Assembly (NCBI GenBank): GCA_037129835.1
Contig: JBAXUE010000001.1
Span: 26,085 to 90,084, forward strand
DNA length: 64,000 bases
Source of the DNA: a bacterium
Lineage (GTDB): Bacteria > Patescibacteriota > CPR2 > UBA1875 > CAIMLA01
Direction: 5' to 3'
Program-made: the position numbers and the translations under genes
Notes under the pieces: model-generated
The model's input: only the letters and a program-made list of their open reading frames with translations
Told to the model about the DNA's origin: nothing
Databases searched by the model: none
In this document: positions 59,178 through 64,000 of the stretch, piece by piece
How the letters are laid out: the number at the start of each line of letters is the position of its first letter
Position numbering within the stretch: position 1 is the stretch's first letter

Positions 59178-60386
59178 TTAAACCATCCCGGTGACTGCAT
59201 ATATCGGTCCAATAATAGCTATTATTAAGTATCCCACCATAATACCGATAAATATCATGATAAGTGGCTCGAGAAGCACTGTTAGATTTCTGCTCATATT
59301 CTCGACTTCGCTATCATAAAAATCAGCTACTTTGTTTAGTATCTTGTCCAGAGAGCCAGTTTCTTCACCTACAGATATCATCTGGGTTACAAGTAGCGGA
59401 ATCACTTCAAAGTTTTTGAAAGTTTCGCCTATGGAAGAACCGTTTTTGACCTTTTCGGCTGATTTTTCGAGTGCTTCTTTAAACAAAATGTTTTGCGACG
59501 AATTTGCGATTATTTGAAGAGATTCAACTATACCGACACCACTATTTAATAATGATCCCAGAGTTCTTGAAAACCTAGCTATGTTCATCTTGGTGGTAAG
59601 ACTCCCGACAACTGGAGTTTTTAAAACCATAGAATGAATAAAATATTTAAATTTATAATTGTGTTTTAGGGCATAGCGATATCCGATGACTACGCTGACA
59701 ATAACTAATAGGGTTATAACCCCATATTTTGTGAGCGCATCTGACAAAAATATCAGAGATTTTGTGGTAAAGGGCAGTTCGCCGCCCATTTCATTGAACA
59801 TGTCCTGAAGAGTTGGGACGATTGTGACTAACATAAATATCATTGCACAAACCATCCCGATGAAAATAACCGCAGGATATATCATCGCACCACGTATTTT
59901 AGATATCAGTGCCTTATCTTTTACCATTTGGTCAGCTAATCTGTTTAGGGATTCGTCTAAGGTACCACCGATCTCCCCTGATTTAACCATGCTGACAAAT
60001 ATCGGACTGAAAACTAAGGGATGTTTTTCTATAGCTACCGATAGGGGCAATCCGCCCTCGACATCTTTTGTAATTATTGCGATTGTTTCTTTAAACCTTT
60101 TATTTTTTGTCTGTTTTTCCAGCATTGCTAGGGATTGTGATATTGGAACACCCGCACTTACAAGAGTAGCTAATTCTTGAGAAAAAAGTACTTTTTCTGA
60201 GAGTGGAATTATGCTGTAGTGGTCTATTATTTTAGAGAGGCTAAATTTTTCATTTGTCGTAATGGTTACTGGGGTTAGGCCTTGATTTTCCAAGGAAATA
60301 ACAGCATCGTCACGTGTACCTATTTCTATCGTGCCATGAGTTACTTTTCCATTTTTATTTTTAGCTGTATAATCAAAAGTTGCCAT
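59178..60386 (-). CDS. pilC: type IV pilus platform protein PilC (GspF family)
   Basis: Duplicated GspF domains, 3 TM. 402 aa. Confidence 0.85.
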   Translation of the reverse strand: MATFDYTAKNKNGKVTHGTIEIGTRDDAVISLENQGLTPVTITTNEKFSLSKIIDHYSIIPLSEKVLFSQELATLVSAGVPISQSLAMLEKQTKNKRFKETIAIITKDVEGGLPLSVAIEKHPLVFSPIFVSMVKSGEIGGTLDESLNRLADQMVKDKALISKIRGAMIYPAVIFIGMVCAMIFMLVTIVPTLQDMFNEMGGELPFTTKSLIFLSDALTKYGVITLLVIVSVVIGYRYALKHNYKFKYFIHSMVLKTPVVGSLTTKMNIARFSRTLGSLLNSGVGIVESLQIIANSSQNILFKEALEKSAEKVKNGSSIGETFKNFEVIPLLVTQMISVGEETGSLDKILNKVADFYDSEVENMSRNLTVLLEPLIMIFIGIMVGYLIIAIIGPIYAVTGMV

Positions 60387-60389
60387 TTT

Positions 60390-62273
60390 TTACTCTCTAG
60401 TTACTCTTAGGACTTCTTCGACGCATGTTATACCTTCAAGAGCTTTTAAAAAACCATCTTGTTGCATAGTAATCATCCCCTTATCTATGGCCATGCGTTG
60501 AATTACTTCCGAGGTAGCGTGTCCGACAATTAATTTTCCGATTTCTTCATCAACTTCTAAGACCTCGTATATTCCCATTCTTCCTAGGTAGCCAGAGTTA
60601 TCACACTTATTGCAACCTTTTGAGCGGTATAGTGTTAGTGATGTTTTATCTTTTGAGGTGATAATTTGTTTAGATTTGTCTTTTTTTGATTCCTCAAGAA
60701 ATATGTTATCTCTTTGAATCTCTTTGTTTGTTTTTATTTTGTCTAATTTTCCTGCTTTCGCGCTCTTTAAAACAAATTCTTTTCGTAGGCCAAAATTATT
60801 AATTATATCTTGCAGTACTTTCTCGTCAGGCTGATAGGGCTCTAGACAATGAGGGCAAAGTTTCCTAACCAGGCGTTGACCAATAACAGCATTTACGGTA
60901 CTGGCAATCAGAAATGGTTCTACTTCCATGTCGAGTAATCTTGGTAAACATCCAGCCGCGTTGTTTGTGTGTAGGGTCGACAAAACGACATGGCCAGTTA
61001 GCGCAGCATGGACTGCCATTTCTGCGGTTTCTCCGTCTCTGATTTCACCAACCATAATAATATCAGGATCTTGCCTTAGTAGGGCCCTTAAACCTGAGGC
61101 AAAGGTCATTCCTACCTTAGTATTTACCTGGGTTTGGTTAACCCCTTGAACCCGGTATTCGACAGGGTCCTCTACTGTAGAAATGTTTACCCCCATAATA
61201 TTTTGTGCAGATAATACACTATAAAGAGTGGTAGATTTACCAGATCCTGTAGGTCCCGTAACTAGTAACATCCCATGTGGTTTTTTGAGCGCTTTTTCTA
61301 TGGCAGTAAGTGCTTGACCCTTGTAGCCGAGCTCTTCAAGGGTTTGTGCTCTTGAGGTCTCGTCCAGCAAGCGCATCACAATTTTTTCACCATCCATTAC
61401 CGGTAGAGTAGAGACACGGATAGAGGTATTTTGGTTATTTAGTTGTAATTTAATACGGCCGTCCTGGGGTATTCTGTGCTCATCTATTCTTAGGTTCGAT
61501 AGTATTTTAATCCTAGATGCTATTGATGCTGCTAGTTGTCTTGGTAGGGTCATAGTGTCTTTTAGAACTCCATCTATGCGGTATCTGACTTGAATGAAGT
61601 TTTCTCTTGGTTCGATGTGGATATCTGAGGCTCTAGATTTTATCGCGTACTCAATCAATATATTTACCGCTCTTGCGATTGGCGCTTCAGAAATGATCGC
61701 TTCGACATTATCGGCAGAAGCATTTTCGTCTAGTTCTTCTTTTGCAATCGATATCTCTTCTTCAGTCTCTTTTATTGCTTTTGATATTTCAGTGTTTAGA
61801 CCTTCCTTGAATAATTCAAGAGTGTTGTTTATGTCGGTATTTGTTGCGATGAAAACCTTGCAGTCATAACCACATTGTTTTTGGATTGATTGTAGCGCCT
61901 CTACATCATTTGGGTCGGTCATCGCAACCTTTAGGTGCCCGTCTTCTTCCCCAAATACTACTGCTTGATAGCGCTTGGATACCCTTTCAGGTATTTTATC
62001 GAGTATTTCTTTAGAAACCTGTATTTCGCTTAGATCAATAAAGGGGATCCCGATTTCTTCAGAATACAATTTTGTGAAATCTTTTACGTTAAGTATCTTT
62101 TTTTGGTATATAAGATCCAAAAGTGACTCGCTATTTTGATCGGCGAGTTTGGATATTTCGTCTATTTTTTCATTGGTGGCAACATTGTTCTTGACCAACA
62201 ATTTTTTTAGTTCATCATTTGAAAGATTCATTTCCCTCCATGCAGTGTTTTTGCCATAGTTGACATTGTTCAT
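60390..62273 (-). CDS. pilB: type IV pilus assembly ATPase PilB (GspE family)
   Basis: Walker A VTGPTGSGKSTTL, C-terminal CxxC...CxxC. 627 aa. Confidence 0.9.
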   Translation of the reverse strand: MNNVNYGKNTAWREMNLSNDELKKLLVKNNVATNEKIDEISKLADQNSESLLDLIYQKKILNVKDFTKLYSEEIGIPFIDLSEIQVSKEILDKIPERVSKRYQAVVFGEEDGHLKVAMTDPNDVEALQSIQKQCGYDCKVFIATNTDINNTLELFKEGLNTEISKAIKETEEEISIAKEELDENASADNVEAIISEAPIARAVNILIEYAIKSRASDIHIEPRENFIQVRYRIDGVLKDTMTLPRQLAASIASRIKILSNLRIDEHRIPQDGRIKLQLNNQNTSIRVSTLPVMDGEKIVMRLLDETSRAQTLEELGYKGQALTAIEKALKKPHGMLLVTGPTGSGKSTTLYSVLSAQNIMGVNISTVEDPVEYRVQGVNQTQVNTKVGMTFASGLRALLRQDPDIIMVGEIRDGETAEMAVHAALTGHVVLSTLHTNNAAGCLPRLLDMEVEPFLIASTVNAVIGQRLVRKLCPHCLEPYQPDEKVLQDIINNFGLRKEFVLKSAKAGKLDKIKTNKEIQRDNIFLEESKKDKSKQIITSKDKTSLTLYRSKGCNKCDNSGYLGRMGIYEVLEVDEEIGKLIVGHATSEVIQRMAIDKGMITMQQDGFLKALEGITCVEEVLRVTRE

Positions 62274-62314
62274 GCAATGAAATGCATTTCTGCTATACTT
62301 ATTCTAACAAAAAT

Positions 62315-63388
62315 ATGAAAACAAGTGAATTCGATTATCAACTCCCTAGCGATTTAATCGCAATGCATCCGAGCGAACCAAGGGATTCTGCTCGGTTACT
62401 TGTGGTTAATAAGGAAAGCAAGAATATTAAAGACTCAGTTTTCAGAGAATTAGATCAAATGCTCGGTATAAACGATGTTTTAGTATTAAATAATTCCAAA
62501 GTAATCCCAGCTAGATTATTCGGTAATCTCAAAGACAAAATATTTGAGTTGCTCTTGGTAAAGCAAGTTACAGAAAATCGATGGGAATGTTTCGTGCGGA
62601 ATGGTAAAAAACTCATAATAGGGGATATCCTAGTTTTCGGTGAAGATTTAACGGGCAAATATATTAAACGAAATGAAGAAATATTTTATTTTGAGTTTAA
62701 TTATATGGGAAAGGAACTTTTAGAAAAAATCTCAAAAGTGGGGGAGATGCCTATACCGCCATACATTTTAAAGGCGAGACATGAAAAGCATGATGAAAGT
62801 GTCGATGACTTCGATTATCAGACAGTGTATGCAAAAGCCTACGGCTCTGTAGCAGCCCCTACAGCGGGTTTACATTTTACAGAAGACTTATTGACTAGAC
62901 TTATGAAAAGGGGCGTCCAGATAGAGTATGTGACCCTACACGTAGGTTTGGGGACGTTCCAACCACTGAATACCGACAAAGTAGAAGATTTTGCAATTCA
63001 CAGTGAATATTATGAGATTAGTCCAGATACGGCAAAGAGGTTAAATGACGCCAAGATTGCCGGTAAAAGGATAATAGCAGTTGGCACCACGTCAGTTCGG
63101 GTTCTAGAAAGTGCTGCTACCGATATTAAGACTTGTGGTTTTATTAACTCAAGGGGGCTCAAATATGCATTATTACCCAAGTCAGGCGAAACCAGTATCT
63201 ATATCTATCCAGGTTATGAGTACAAATTTGTCGATGCGATGATTACGAACTTCCATCTGCCAAAGTCCTCACTATTACTACTTGTTTCGGCTTTTGCAAG
63301 CACAGAATTAATCAAAAAATCATATGAGCATGCCATAAGCGAGAAGTATCATTTTTATTCTTATGGTGACGCGATGTTCATTTGTTGA
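62315..63388 (+). CDS. queA: S-adenosylmethionine:tRNA ribosyltransferase-isomerase QueA
   Basis: MKTSEFDYQLPSDLIAMHPSEPRDSARLLVV. The track start at 62282 is too early. Confidence 0.9.
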   Translation: MKTSEFDYQLPSDLIAMHPSEPRDSARLLVVNKESKNIKDSVFRELDQMLGINDVLVLNNSKVIPARLFGNLKDKIFELLLVKQVTENRWECFVRNGKKLIIGDILVFGEDLTGKYIKRNEEIFYFEFNYMGKELLEKISKVGEMPIPPYILKARHEKHDESVDDFDYQTVYAKAYGSVAAPTAGLHFTEDLLTRLMKRGVQIEYVTLHVGLGTFQPLNTDKVEDFAIHSEYYEISPDTAKRLNDAKIAGKRIIAVGTTSVRVLESAATDIKTCGFINSRGLKYALLPKSGETSIYIYPGYEYKFVDAMITNFHLPKSSLLLLVSAFASTELIKKSYEHAISEKYHFYSYGDAMFIC

Positions 63389-63477
63389 GTGACCTATGGT
63401 CGAAGTTTTGTTTACAAGAAGTAGTACTGTGTTATTTTAAATCAGAAAGTAGCGGTCGGTTGTCAGAGAAATAGTTT

Positions 63478-64000
63478 TTAGATATTTTCAAATACTTTGA
63501 TATCGAGGCTAGGTCTATAAGTAATAATGCCTTCCTTAAGAACGTGATGTGCATGGCCAGTATAGACATCATCTGTAATTTCTCGACCTAGTATATCTTG
63601 TTCATAATCAAGGTAGCCTTTAGTCGGCTTGATCACAGAAGACAATTGTCCTGTAAGTGCGTCCATATCGCCTTCGTGTTTAGATGCAAAGTCCTCTAAC
63701 CGGACGGTCGTGTCGTTATATACGATAATACCTTTTGGTATATTCCCAGAGGCCACTATCATTTTTTGCCAGATTTTCTTGTCTTTCCTAGGTACAAGTA
63801 TGAAAATATCGGCCAGTGAATCTTCTATGGGCCCCACCGAACTGTCTTGTCCTTCGAAATCCTCTTTAGCTTTAGATAAGTCAGTATAATTACAGTTTGT
63901 TATATATTGTCGCACTTCTTGGTTGTCTAGCATTCTGAATATATCCGCGACTGATTCTGCCTTTGATAGTAATTCATGGCTTTTAAGTCGGCCTGTGTCT
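63478..64000 (-). CDS. hypothetical protein, 5'-truncated by window edge (the frame stays open upstream of the 63933 Met)
   Basis: My own translation upstream gives ...DTGRLKSHELLSKAESVADIFR-MLDNQ... with no stop. It contains YTGHAHHV, which is faintly phosphoesterase-like. Confidence 0.4.
   Translation of the reverse strand, partial: DTGRLKSHELLSKAESVADIFRMLDNQEVRQYITNCNYTDLSKAKEDFEGQDSSVGPIEDSLADIFILVPRKDKKIWQKMIVASGNIPKGIIVYNDTTVRLEDFASKHEGDMDALTGQLSSVIKPTKGYLDYEQDILGREITDDVYTGHAHHVLKEGIITYRPSLDIKVFENI

Noticed and set aside
1-64000. Alternative genetic code (UGA recoding, as in some CPR lineages)
   Set aside because: Conserved genes (ruvA, hydrogenase subunits, dnaK/dnaJ) end at expected lengths with TGA, TAA or TAG, and no in-frame TGA is needed to complete any recognised protein.

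Overview
The window is low-GC (about 35-38% by eye) and gene-dense. Its gene content is consistent with a Candidate Phyla Radiation (CPR/Patescibacteria)-like or similarly reduced bacterial genome. Stop-codon usage looks standard: ruvA ends in TGA overlapping the ruvB ATG, and several genes end in TAA or TAG at expected lengths.

Recognisable core genes:
- An hrcA-grpE-dnaK-[GIY-YIG insert]-dnaJ heat-shock operon with a CIRCE operator.
- A four-gene group-3b-type [NiFe] hydrogenase operon (beta, gamma, delta, alpha). It is preceded by a co-transcribed stand-alone CheY-like receiver and followed nearby by hypC.
- yebC, ruvC, plsC, ruvA and ruvB.
- A ComEC competence channel split from its metallo-beta-lactamase (MBL) domain by an inverted DUF2298 'YYY' membrane-protein gene.
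- A 1235-aa subtilisin (S8) with Ig-like repeats and an LPSTG sortase signal.
- queH and queA.
- A type IV pilus locus: pilM, pilN and pilO on the plus strand; pilB, pilC, a major pilin, two minor pilins and a PilX-like beta-helix protein on the minus strand.
- Three tRNAs: Met-CAT and Lys-TTT on the minus strand, and an initiator-like Met-CAT on the plus strand with a near-consensus promoter and terminator.
- An MFS DHA2 transporter, a GDPD (glycerophosphodiester phosphodiesterase) and an EEP (endonuclease/exonuclease/phosphatase) nuclease.

The most unusual part is a ~4.7 kb island of much higher GC (about 50-55%) at roughly 27.25-32.0 kb. It holds a consensus sigma70 promoter, a membrane-anchored protein, a lipoprotein, at least five tiny hydrophobic peptide genes and a GGDEF cyclase. 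The tiny genes have strong SD sites and are arranged as modular cassettes: a conserved 5' hairpin (CCGCACGGATGCGG) upstream and a ~62-nt 3' repeat with a CCGCC/GGCGG hairpin downstream. The island is also packed with perfect stem-loops, including a 19-bp perfect inverted repeat.

Other notable points:
- A GIY-YIG gene is inserted between dnaK and dnaJ, flanked by 13-bp direct repeats and paired hairpins.
- A pair of paralogous genes sits 32 kb apart; one copy is frameshifted at an AAAACCCC run.
- A Tat-signal HExxH protein lies in a cluster of secreted hypotheticals.
- A structured noncoding region upstream of the initiator tRNA is a candidate ncRNA.
- I found no rRNA, no CRISPR array, and no transposase or integrase.
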